Below, in pieces: positions 23,796 to 31,980 of a DNA stretch of 64,000 nt. Origin of the DNA: Candidatus Falkowbacteria bacterium. Its GTDB lineage: Bacteria; Patescibacteriota; Patescibacteriia; Patescibacteriales; GWE2-39-37. Location: the NCBI GenBank assembly GCA_013336275.1, contig JAAXUA010000001.1:14167-78166 (forward strand). Reading direction: 5' to 3'. The stretch's first letter is position 1. Every line of letters starts with the position of its first letter. The position numbers were made by a program, and so were the translations under genes. Below the pieces are notes generated by a model. The model was not told the origin of the DNA. It did no database searches and worked only from the letters and a program-made list of their open reading frames with translations.

Positions 23796-25010
23796 ATGAA
23801 AACCAAGAACATCGACCGCAGCTACCTGACAGTGAATTTCCTCATGGAATTGGCCCCGGCATTCTTTTACGCCACCTACCAGCTATTCCTCCTGTCCAAG
23901 GGTCTGGATTATCTCCAGATCAACTTGATCAACGCCTGCTTCATGGCTTCGCGTTTTGCGATGGAGATTCCGACCGGGGTCTTTGCGGACCTACTCGGAC
24001 GCAAACGATCGGTCCAGCTCGGACTGGCGGCGCTCAGTCTCTCGTTTTTCGCTTATTACCTGGCCGAGACTTTCTGGTATTTCATCTTAGCCGAAGTCAT
24101 CGGCGCTTTCGGCGGCACCTGCGTCTCCGGCGCCTTCAAGGCTTGGTTCGTAGATGAGCGCAAACTGGCAGGCGGAAACGGGGATAATGTCAAAGTCTTT
24201 GCCGTCGGCGGACAGTTCAAATACCTGGCCATGATTTTCGGCAGCGGAGTCGGCGCGCAGTTCGGCGCCAGAAACCTGGCATATCCCTGGCTGTTAAGTG
24301 CTGGTTTCATGGCGCTGGCCCTGGCAGTAGCAACAGTGCTGATGAAAGAGCGGCGCGAGCTGCAAAAGACGGGTAAGGCCATTTCCTTCAAGCCGATCGC
24401 CAAGATCGCCCGCGACAGCGTCGATTATGGGCTTAGGCACCGCGGCGTGATGCAGCTCGTCTACCTCAGCGCCATCATGGCTTTCGTAGCCATGCCCTTC
24501 AACATGATGTGGCCGGTTACCTTCAAAGGCTTCGGGATGTCGGTCAATCAGCTCGGCTTGGCTATGGCCGCTATCAGTGGCTGCCTATGGTTCGGAGCTT
24601 GGCTCGCACCGCACTTCAACCGCTCAATCAGGCAGGAGTTCCATGCCTTGGTTTTCTCGCAGATCTTGACGGCCTGCTCGATGCTGATTGCTTCGCTGAT
24701 GCTCGGCGGGCTGACAACCTTCATTTTTTTCCTAGCACACGAAGTCGGACGGGGCATGTTCGAGCCCTTGAATGACGCTCTGCTCAATCAGCAGATAGAG
24801 AATGACAGCTGTCGGGCAACGATTCTTTCCTTCGAATCAATGCTTGCGAACAGCGGAGCCGTTCTAGGATTGATCTGTTCCGGTTACGTAGCGAAATATC
24901 TGGGAATCGGTTCGGCCTGGCTTATGGCCGCCGTAGTGCTTGCAGCCGGGTTCACCCTAGTCTTTTCTCGCCGTAACGGCAGCTTCAGGGAGGGCAGACA
25001 ACCGACTTGA
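23796..25010 (+). CDS. MFS transporter
   Basis: Multi-TM protein with MFS motif A (GVFADLLGRKRS). SD AAAGGAGAA upstream. Confidence 0.85.
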   Translation: MKTKNIDRSYLTVNFLMELAPAFFYATYQLFLLSKGLDYLQINLINACFMASRFAMEIPTGVFADLLGRKRSVQLGLAALSLSFFAYYLAETFWYFILAEVIGAFGGTCVSGAFKAWFVDERKLAGGNGDNVKVFAVGGQFKYLAMIFGSGVGAQFGARNLAYPWLLSAGFMALALAVATVLMKERRELQKTGKAISFKPIAKIARDSVDYGLRHRGVMQLVYLSAIMAFVAMPFNMMWPVTFKGFGMSVNQLGLAMAAISGCLWFGAWLAPHFNRSIRQEFHALVFSQILTACSMLIASLMLGGLTTFIFFLAHEVGRGMFEPLNDALLNQQIENDSCRATILSFESMLANSGAVLGLICSGYVAKYLGIGSAWLMAAVVLAAGFTLVFSRRNGSFREGRQPT

Positions 25011-25030
25011 AGCATCTCTTTCTAGCCAAC

Positions 25031-25053
25031 AAAAAAACACGCTTCACAGCGTG
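25031..25053 (-). terminator. Terminator-like hairpin for the minus-strand HTH gene
   Basis: On the minus strand: CACGCT-GTGA-AGCGTG followed by T7. Confidence 0.5.
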
Positions 25054-25063
25054 CAGTCTCGCG

Positions 25064-25092
25064 GGGCCTTAGTAAAATGAGGCCCTTTTTTT
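25064..25092 (+). terminator. Intrinsic terminator after the MFS gene
   Basis: Stem GGGCCT/AGGCCC, 10-nt loop, then T7. Confidence 0.65.
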
Positions 25093-25348
25093 ATTCCACC
25101 CACTCTTTGACATATTGAGCGACGCCGTTCTGTCTGAATTTGTGGCGCAGCTTGATTGCCGAGTTTAAATATTCGATCAATGAACCGGCCTCGATCTGGT
25201 AGCGGTTCTTGATTACGCGAAAGCGGAAGGCTTTGGCCTGGATGGCGCGGCGTATGGTTTTGCCGGTTACACCGCCGAATTTGGCGGCTTCGGAAACCGA
25301 TAACCAGAGCAGTGCAGGTTCGGGAGTTTTTTCTTTATTCTGGCTCAT
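25091..25348 (-). CDS. Small helix-turn-helix DNA-binding protein (excisionase/MerR-like HTH_17 type)
   Basis: LSVSEAAKFGGVTGKTIRRAIQAKAF HTH segment. The start was set at the internal MSQNKEK (25348). Confidence 0.7.
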   Translation of the reverse strand: MSQNKEKTPEPALLWLSVSEAAKFGGVTGKTIRRAIQAKAFRFRVIKNRYQIEAGSLIEYLNSAIKLRHKFRQNGVAQYVKEWVE

Positions 25349-25942
25349 GACTCGTAGATAAGTCCACAAATATGTAGACTTAAGTATGAATAATTTAAGC
25401 TATTTTCTGATTTTTTCGAATCAATCTCCCTCCTTTTTGAGTCAAAGTCCATGATATTATGGACATAAGTACCCCCATCTTGACACAACCATGCTAATAA
25501 ATCAATGGCAGGTGATGTTTAAGTCAGAAGCCCATTTGCGAGCAGGGTATGGCTAAAGGCTGGAACAAGTCTGTGTCACTCCTCCTACCCGCCGGCCGGC
25601 AGGCTTAGTCGCTGGATCAAGCGGGCTGTGTTAAATAGTTTCTCGCCTGCGAGGGCATAGCAGAAACGGCGGCTTTCCGGTCTCTGGACCTTGGGCATCA
25701 GGCTTGTGTTTGTTTGCCATTTGCCAGTAAACATGTTAATCTATTAACTATAATTGACGGCCAGAAACCAAGATGGCCGCTAATGACTCTTGCTGAACAG
25801 GAATCCCGCAAGAATAATTAGAAAAATTGGTCAGTAAGCTGAGACATTTGGCTCATTTTTTGTGTTCCGCGCAAAACAGGACAAATTTTATTGGCTAATT
25901 TTAGTTAAAAATAAATAAATAAAGTACTGTAACGAGAAGTAC

Positions 25943-25970
25943 TGTAACAAGGGTCCTGATATCACGTATA
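25943..25970 (+). promoter_or_regulatory. ECF-type autoregulatory promoter TGTAAC-N16-CGTATA
   Basis: The -35-like AAGTACTGTAAC is duplicated (25922-25933 and 25937-25948). CGTATA sits at 25965-25970, and ATG 25976 follows after 5 nt with no SD. Confidence 0.6.
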
Positions 25971-25975
25971 TTTAC

Positions 25976-26545
25976 ATGAAAGGTTTTTTTACAGAAAAAA
26001 TACTCTTTGCGAAACTTAAGAGTCAAGACCAGGAAGCGTTTCTCGAAGTCTATGACCGCTATGTGGACAAGGTTTACCGTTTCATCTATTTCAAGGTCAG
26101 TGACGCGGCCGAGGCCGAGGACCTAACCGCCGCGACCTTCTTAAAGACTTGGCAGCACATCCAGCAGAACAGCGTCACTGACGTCAAGACGCTGCCGGCC
26201 TTGGTCTACCGCATCGCCCGCAACGTCATCATTGATCACTACCGCCAGAATAATAAGTGCGACATCGTCTCGATTGAGACGCCGGAAGGCCAGTCGATAG
26301 TCGACGAGAAGCAGAACGTTTCCAAACAGGCTGAAATCTCTTCCGACCTCGAATTGATGAAGCAGACGATGGAACAGCTCAAGGATGAGTATCGCGAGAT
26401 CCTGGTCCTGCGCTACGTCAACGATCTGTCGATCGACGAGATCGCGGAAATCATCGGCAAGAGCAAAGGCAATGTCAGAGTCCTCATATATAGAGCGACC
26501 GCCGCCTTGAAAGAGCTGATGGGTGATAGCGTAGAACCGCGTTGA
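25976..26545 (+). CDS. ECF (group 4) sigma-70 family RNA polymerase sigma factor
   Basis: Region 2 (FLEVYDRYVDKVYRFIYFKV..AEDLTAATFLKTW) and region 4 (LSIDEIAEIIGKSKGNVRVLIYRATAALKE). Confidence 0.9.
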   Translation: MKGFFTEKILFAKLKSQDQEAFLEVYDRYVDKVYRFIYFKVSDAAEAEDLTAATFLKTWQHIQQNSVTDVKTLPALVYRIARNVIIDHYRQNNKCDIVSIETPEGQSIVDEKQNVSKQAEISSDLELMKQTMEQLKDEYREILVLRYVNDLSIDEIAEIIGKSKGNVRVLIYRATAALKELMGDSVEPR

Positions 26546-26577
26546 CATTAAATGGCAGTATTGAAAAAATTTCCATA

Positions 26578-27366
26578 ATGAAAACCATCGAGTCACAATT
26601 GAATAACCTCTCGAGCATCATCCCCTCGGCCGAATGGAAGGCCAGGACTCGTGATGTGCTTCAGAGCCAGATCTGCGCCGGCGCCCAAGAGGAGCGTGCC
26701 GGATTTTTTGCTGTCCTCGACAACCTGATGCCGGCCTGGGTTTCTGGCGTTGCCTCAAGACCGGTCGCCGTTTTTGCCATGATCGTTTTGGCCGTAGTGA
26801 CTGGATCATACGCTTCGGTCCGCGCCGCGCGCGAGACCACGCCGGGTGATTCGCTCTATATCGCTAAGATCATCAATGAGAAGACCCAGCTGGCGTTGAC
26901 CTTCGACGAGACCGACAAGACCAAGCTGAATCTGGAGTTCGCTACCAACCGCGCCGAGGAGCTGGTCAAGATGATGGAAGCGCCGACGCCGCAGCAGGAA
27001 AAGACGATCGCTGACTTAAAGACCAGCTTTTCCAGCGAATTGACCGCTGCCAAAAGCCGTTTGACCAAAATCAAGCAGAGCCAGCCAGTGGCAGTCGCAC
27101 CCAAGACCGACGCCGCTCCTAGCGATATCAAGCAGTCCGTACCAAATGATGAGAAGGTCCAAGTCTTCGGAGCTAATCTGGGCAAGGACAATGTCAGCAT
27201 GCAGATAATCGAAGCTGAGCAGCTGTTCGCTAATAAGGATATTTCCGGCACCATCGAGAAGATCGATCAGGCCGCCAAATCCTTGGACGCTAAGCCGGCC
27301 GAAACCAAAGCCACGACTACGCCTAAGGAAGAAAAGGAAACAGAGAAGGCAACGTCGACAAAATAG
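26578..27366 (+). CDS. Single-pass membrane protein following the sigma gene (putative anti-sigma/partner)
   Basis: One TM segment (RPVAVFAMIVLAVVTGSYASV) and a helical extracytoplasmic part. It is adjacent to the sigma gene. The function is inferred from position only. Confidence 0.55.
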   Translation: MKTIESQLNNLSSIIPSAEWKARTRDVLQSQICAGAQEERAGFFAVLDNLMPAWVSGVASRPVAVFAMIVLAVVTGSYASVRAARETTPGDSLYIAKIINEKTQLALTFDETDKTKLNLEFATNRAEELVKMMEAPTPQQEKTIADLKTSFSSELTAAKSRLTKIKQSQPVAVAPKTDAAPSDIKQSVPNDEKVQVFGANLGKDNVSMQIIEAEQLFANKDISGTIEKIDQAAKSLDAKPAETKATTTPKEEKETEKATSTK

Positions 27367-27509
27367 CCAACAATATTGGACTGCGTTCCAGCCCGAACGG
27401 CTGGAGCATAGCTCAATGCTTTTACGCTTAACACGCGTGAAGGCAGGACCCGGGCAAGCGTCTTGTCAGATGCGAGCTCAGGGCAGATGGGATCAGCAAG
27501 GTCGATCCG

Positions 27510-27537
27510 TTGAACGCGGAGGTCTTATCTCTATAAT
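27510..27537 (+). promoter_or_regulatory. Sigma-70-type promoter for the S-layer-like gene
   Basis: TTGAAC (27510-27515), 16-nt spacer, TATAAT (27532-27537). This implies a ~300-nt leader. Confidence 0.55.
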
Positions 27538-27846
27538 TAAAAGTCGGTTCTTAGAGCAATGTTTGCCCGCGTAGGGCAAATCAACAAGCTAATTCGGTAA
27601 GATAGCTTAAAGCCCCTGCAGCCTCTACAACTGCATGGGATCGAGCCGAATAACCCCCACACTTGTGTCCATAACGGATGAACCTGTGGGAATGGTGAAT
27701 TACCCCATGCAATTTGCCTCCGACACTTGTGAACGCAAGTGTGGGGGAGCGGGATTCCGGTTGATTTGTCCGAACTAACGCGCCGCAAGCGCAATAAGAA
27801 CTCAAACTTCGTCCCCCTTAACTCGGGACGACACACTAAGAATTCT

Positions 27847-30800
27847 ATGCAAACCTTACGAAAAGTTATCGCTCTCAGCGTGATCTTCGTAACCGTGCTC
27901 TCATTGAGCGTCGTTGTAGCCCCACAGGCTTCAGCTGCCGCTTCAGCCGGTGACTTGATCAAGATGGACGGTCTTTCTTCCGTCTATTACCTGGGTGGCG
28001 ATGGCAAACGCTACGTTTTCCCTAATGAGCAGACATATTTCTCATGGTATAGCGATTTCTCTTCAGTCATGACTATTCCTCAGGCTGAATTGGAGTCATA
28101 TCCATTGGGCGCCAACGTCACTATCCGACCTGGCACCAAATTAGTTAAGATCACTACTAATCCGAAGGTTTACGCAGTGACTCCTGGCGGCAACTTGGTT
28201 GCTGTTCCAGATGAGGCTACTGCCAAGGCCCTCTATGGTGATAACTGGGCAAAGCGCATCGTCGATGTTCCAGATGCTTTCTTTACTAACTATAAAGTTT
28301 CCGCATCTTCATTGACCGCTACCGCTTATCCAGAAGGCAGCTTGATCAAGACTGCTGCTTCACCTGACATTTACTATATCACTGCAACTGGCGCTGCCAG
28401 CAAGGTCGCTAGCGAATCCGCTTTCACCGGCAACCGCTTCAAGTTCAGTGACGTTATCACCACCGCTTTGGCTATCCCAACCATGGGTGCTGAAATCTCC
28501 GGTGTTGACACCAAGATTGCTGACACCTCTTCTGGTGCTGGCGGAACTGTCTACACTGGCGGTTCTGGCGTGACTGTCGCTTTGAGCGGCATGACCCCAG
28601 CTTCAGCTTCTGTGCCAAAGAATGGCGCTCGCGTTCCGATGGCCAAGGTTAACTTGACCGCCGCTAACGACGGTGCTGTTACTGTCAGCTCCCTCAACTT
28701 GAAGAGGATCGGTCTTTCTTCTTACAACCAGATCGACAAGGTCTGGGCAGAAAAGGACGGCGTTATCGTCGCTTCTAAGAAGACCATCAACTCCAATGAC
28801 GAGGCTAGCTTGACCTTCTCTCCAGCTTTGGTCATCAGCGCTGGTCAGACCGTTACCATCGAATTGTTGGCTTCATTGGTCAACGCTTCCGGTAACATCG
28901 GCTTGAGTGTTGTCAGCGCAACCGCTGGCGGCGCTAACATTGCTGGCTTGCCAGTCAATGGCAACCTGATGGCTCCGATCGATTACACTGTTACCAACTT
29001 GGCTATCACCAATCCAAGCACCGCCACTTCAACCGTTAAGGTTGGTGACGAGAAGGTTGAATTGGGCAAGTTCACCGTTGAATTCAACGGCACTGCCAAG
29101 GATGTGACTTTGAAGTCCGTCATGCTGAAGAACAACGGCATCGAAGACCTGGCTAAGACTTCCATGAACCTGTACTTGGAATACAACGGTACTAAGGTTT
29201 CTGAGAGCGCCAAGGTTGACGGCCGCTTCGTCACCTTCTTCTTCCCAGCCACCGGCTTGGACCTGTTGAAGGATGACACTTCCAAGATCCTCTTGGTCAA
29301 AGGCGATATCATCGCTAAAGAGAATACCGCTATCAACAGCTATGCTTTCGTTATCAACAAGAGCACTGACGTTGTAGCTTACGAAAAGTCCACCGGTTTC
29401 GGCGTTAACGTTTACAACGCTTCTACCGGTTCCACTGTTGCTGATAACCGCTTCATCTCTGATGTCACCATCACCTCCGGTGTTGTTTCCATCTCGAAGA
29501 AGTCTACTTCACCAGCAGATACCACTATCATCAAGGGTTCTGATAACACCATTCTGTTGGCCAACATCCGCGCCGACGAAGCTATCAGCGCTGATGGTTT
29601 GAACTTGGTTTATGGTTCTTCTGCTTCTGCAGCCGCTACCGTTGACCAGTTCGAGAACGTCCGCGTTTACTTGAATGGTACTTTGCTTGATTCTTTCGAC
29701 ATCACTGCTACTAGCGGTTCGATGATCAGCAAGAATCTTTCCAGCTCATTGACCCTGAACAAGGGCGACAATGAGGTTAAGGTCATGGTCAAGGCCAAGA
29801 CCACTGCCACCGCCGGCGCTGCCTTCTTGGCAAAGGTCGACGGCACTGCTTTCACCAGCCAGAACCCACAGTACGTGTCTTCTGGTAATGCTGTCAGCAC
29901 TGGCGACATCTCTGGTACTGCTACCGGCGCTGTCTTCACCGTCCAGGGCGCTGCCTTGGCCACTGTGAGGAACGACGGCTACTCTGCCAACAAGGTTGTC
30001 GTCAAGGGCGCTACCGATGTTTCTCTGGGCAAATTCGCCTTGAAGGCTACCAATGACGAGATCAAGGTCACTTCGATCTCCTTGGGCGCTAACGCATCCA
30101 GCACCCTGGCATCTTCCATCTATGATGCGAAGCTCTTCGTCGGCGGCGTCCAGGTCGGCAACACTGTCGATTTCGGCACCTCAGGCGCTACCTTCTCTTC
30201 ATTGAACTTCGTGATCGCTAAGGACACCACCAAGGCTGTTGAAATCAAGGCTTCCTTCGATTCTTCGGCTACCGGCGGCTTCCAGACCACGATGACTGTC
30301 AATGGACAGGATTCACGCGGCACTGCCATCACCGGCGGCGCTGGCATCACCCAGGCCACTTCCCAGATCTTCTCGATCCAGGACGCTGGTACTTTGAAGG
30401 TTGAGTTGGGCGGCAACGCTCCTCAGGCTGCCATCTTGGCTGCCAAGGGTGCTGAGCAGTCGGTTGCTGAGTACAAGTTCACCGCTATCAATGATAGCGC
30501 TAGCTTGACTGAGATCAACTTCGTCAACACCTCATCTTCAACCGCTATCGCTACATCTTCTGCTGTCGACTCTTCTGTCGCTGCAATCGCTCTGTATGAT
30601 GGCGCTACCTTGCTCGATTCTACCGTTTTGGTTAGCGGTATCGGCAGGTTCCTGATCGACGGCAAGGCCCTTGTTCCAGCTAATGGTTCAAAGACTTTGA
30701 CCATCAAGGTTTCCTTGAACTCGATCTCTAATGACGCTACTGCAACCGACAAGGATCTGCAGATCGTCTTGACCGATGTCAAGTTCAAGTCTTCGGCTGG

Positions 30801-31365
30801 TACTTTGACTGGTCCTCAGTTCGAAGGTGATATCGCTAACGGCTTCCGTATCAGGAAGACTGTTCCGACCGTCGCTTTGCAGGCTTTGCCTGAGACACTG
30901 TTGACCGCTGGTGACAAGGTTGTGTCCAAGTTCACCGTCACGGCTGATGCCAATGGCGATGTTACCCTGGGCAAGGTTGTATTGACCTACGCTACCACCA
31001 CCAATTCGTCTGTTGCCACCATCGCTAACAATGCAGTCAAAGTCAATGGTTCTACCAAGGACTTCGCTGCTACCGTCAGCTTGGCCAACAAGACCATCAC
31101 CGTTGACTTCGGTGCTACCCCAGAAGTTATCTCTGCCGGTTCTTCCAAGACTTTCGAGATCTTGTCGACCGTCAGCGTTTCTGGCAACGGTTCCGAATCA
31201 GTCACCACCAAGATCGTCGAGGATGCTACCTATGCTACCGGTGCTACCACCGCTGTGGCTGGCAGCTTCATCTGGTCTGATGGCGCTGATATCTCTGCCT
31301 TCACTTACTCCAATGGCAAGAGGGTTCCTGGTCTAACCACCCCGACCCAGACTTTGTCTAAGTAA
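27847..31365 (+). CDS. S-layer-like / major cell-surface protein with repeated beta-rich (Ig-like) segments
   Basis: Signal peptide MQTLRKVIALSVIFVTVLSLSVVVAPQASAAASA. Cys-free and rich in Thr/Ser/Ala/Val/Gly. Codon choice differs visibly from neighbours (GCT, GGT, ACC/ACT, TTG). A very strong terminator follows. Confidence 0.85.
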   Translation: MQTLRKVIALSVIFVTVLSLSVVVAPQASAAASAGDLIKMDGLSSVYYLGGDGKRYVFPNEQTYFSWYSDFSSVMTIPQAELESYPLGANVTIRPGTKLVKITTNPKVYAVTPGGNLVAVPDEATAKALYGDNWAKRIVDVPDAFFTNYKVSASSLTATAYPEGSLIKTAASPDIYYITATGAASKVASESAFTGNRFKFSDVITTALAIPTMGAEISGVDTKIADTSSGAGGTVYTGGSGVTVALSGMTPASASVPKNGARVPMAKVNLTAANDGAVTVSSLNLKRIGLSSYNQIDKVWAEKDGVIVASKKTINSNDEASLTFSPALVISAGQTVTIELLASLVNASGNIGLSVVSATAGGANIAGLPVNGNLMAPIDYTVTNLAITNPSTATSTVKVGDEKVELGKFTVEFNGTAKDVTLKSVMLKNNGIEDLAKTSMNLYLEYNGTKVSESAKVDGRFVTFFFPATGLDLLKDDTSKILLVKGDIIAKENTAINSYAFVINKSTDVVAYEKSTGFGVNVYNASTGSTVADNRFISDVTITSGVVSISKKSTSPADTTIIKGSDNTILLANIRADEAISADGLNLVYGSSASAAATVDQFENVRVYLNGTLLDSFDITATSGSMISKNLSSSLTLNKGDNEVKVMVKAKTTATAGAAFLAKVDGTAFTSQNPQYVSSGNAVSTGDISGTATGAVFTVQGAALATVRNDGYSANKVVVKGATDVSLGKFALKATNDEIKVTSISLGANASSTLASSIYDAKLFVGGVQVGNTVDFGTSGATFSSLNFVIAKDTTKAVEIKASFDSSATGGFQTTMTVNGQDSRGTAITGGAGITQATSQIFSIQDAGTLKVELGGNAPQAAILAAKGAEQSVAEYKFTAINDSASLTEINFVNTSSSTAIATSSAVDSSVAAIALYDGATLLDSTVLVSGIGRFLIDGKALVPANGSKTLTIKVSLNSISNDATATDKDLQIVLTDVKFKSSAGTLTGPQFEGDIANGFRIRKTVPTVALQALPETLLTAGDKVVSKFTVTADANGDVTLGKVVLTYATTTNSSVATIANNAVKVNGSTKDFAATVSLANKTITVDFGATPEVISAGSSKTFEILSTVSVSGNGSESVTTKIVEDATYATGATTAVAGSFIWSDGADISAFTYSNGKRVPGLTTPTQTLSK

Positions 31366-31422
31366 GTCCTGGCTCTAGTTTCTCGATATCTAAAATCGAT
31401 ATACTGTCCGCAAGGGCAGAGC

Positions 31423-31456
31423 AAACCCCTCCCCGGTTTTCCGGGGAGGGGTTTTG
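31423..31456 (+). terminator. Strong intrinsic terminator after the S-layer-like gene
   Basis: 13-bp perfect stem AACCCCTCCCCGG/CCGGGGAGGGGTT, TTTT loop, then TTTTG. Confidence 0.85.
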
Positions 31457-31592
31457 CGTTATGCACAGCCCTTTCGGTGTTTACGTTGCAGTGATTACGA
31501 ATTCAGGCTGTTTGGCGCTAAGGTTCGTCCAGTTGACCCTCGTCGCTCGAGAGTGATAAAATTGTGTGGCGTTAAAAAATATAAAAATCGAT

Positions 31593-31811
31593 ATGCTGAC
31601 CACCAACTTTTGCGACAAGTGCGGAAAAAACTTGAGCGCCTATGAAGAACGGTTGTTTTCGATTTTTTTAGCGGACCACGAGGAATACGGCATCGGCTCG
31701 CCACGCACCAAGCTGTGCTACGAATGCCAGGAGCCGGTCTTAGTCTTCTTGCGGGGCTATCTGAAGCGCAAATACGTTACCGAGCCGGTTGTCCACCAAA
31801 AAACAGCGTAA
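31593..31811 (+). CDS. Small zinc-ribbon-like protein (CxxC...CxxC)
   Basis: MLTTNFCDKCGKN...KLCYECQEP. The start is uncertain (31566 or 31593). There is no homology support. Confidence 0.4.
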   Translation: MLTTNFCDKCGKNLSAYEERLFSIFLADHEEYGIGSPRTKLCYECQEPVLVFLRGYLKRKYVTEPVVHQKTA

Positions 31812-31945
31812 TATACAAGATCATAATAGCTCGAGGGGAGTTGCCCCTCGGCAAATCAAACAGCCCACCTTAAGAGGGTTGTTTTTGTTTGAAATCAGAA
31901 GCATTTGAATCACTGGATTTATGTTAGCTAGGTTTGCATATTTTG

Positions 31946-31954
31946 TGGTATAAT
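31946..31954 (+). promoter_or_regulatory. Extended -10 promoter element TGGTATAAT
   Basis: A TGnTATAAT match located 27 nt upstream of ATG 31981. Confidence 0.45.
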
Positions 31955-31980
31955 AAATTTAATATGTTAATAATCCATTG

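Noticed and set aside
25500-25735. Attempt to call SRP RNA, tmRNA, 6S or RNase P RNA in the GC-rich intergenic core
   Set aside because: I found no GGAA/GNAR-capped helix 8 with AGCA/AGG loops, no tmRNA tag frame or tRNA-like 3' end, and the length is wrong for RNase P. It is kept only as an unclassified candidate.
27400-27445. tRNA-like fragment (GGAGCATAGCTCAATGC ... ACGC-TTAACAC-GCGT, resembling a D-loop and an AAC anticodon arm)
   Set aside because: There is no T-arm (GGTTCGAATCC-like), no acceptor-stem complement and no proper D-stem closure, so it cannot fold into a cloverleaf.
7558-31600. Recurrent ATCGATAT/ATATCGAT octamers in intergenic spacers (about 7563, 10364, 31383, 31395, 31588)
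   Set aside because: The same TCGATAT core is also frequent inside coding regions (for example 45530, 47028, 48340, 55178, 58911), so there is no clear intergenic enrichment.
31454-31704. Overlapping 63- and 69-codon ORFs around the small zinc-ribbon gene
   Set aside because: They are mutually overlapping, without start context or motifs. Only the CxxC...CxxC frame (31593-31811) was kept, at low confidence.
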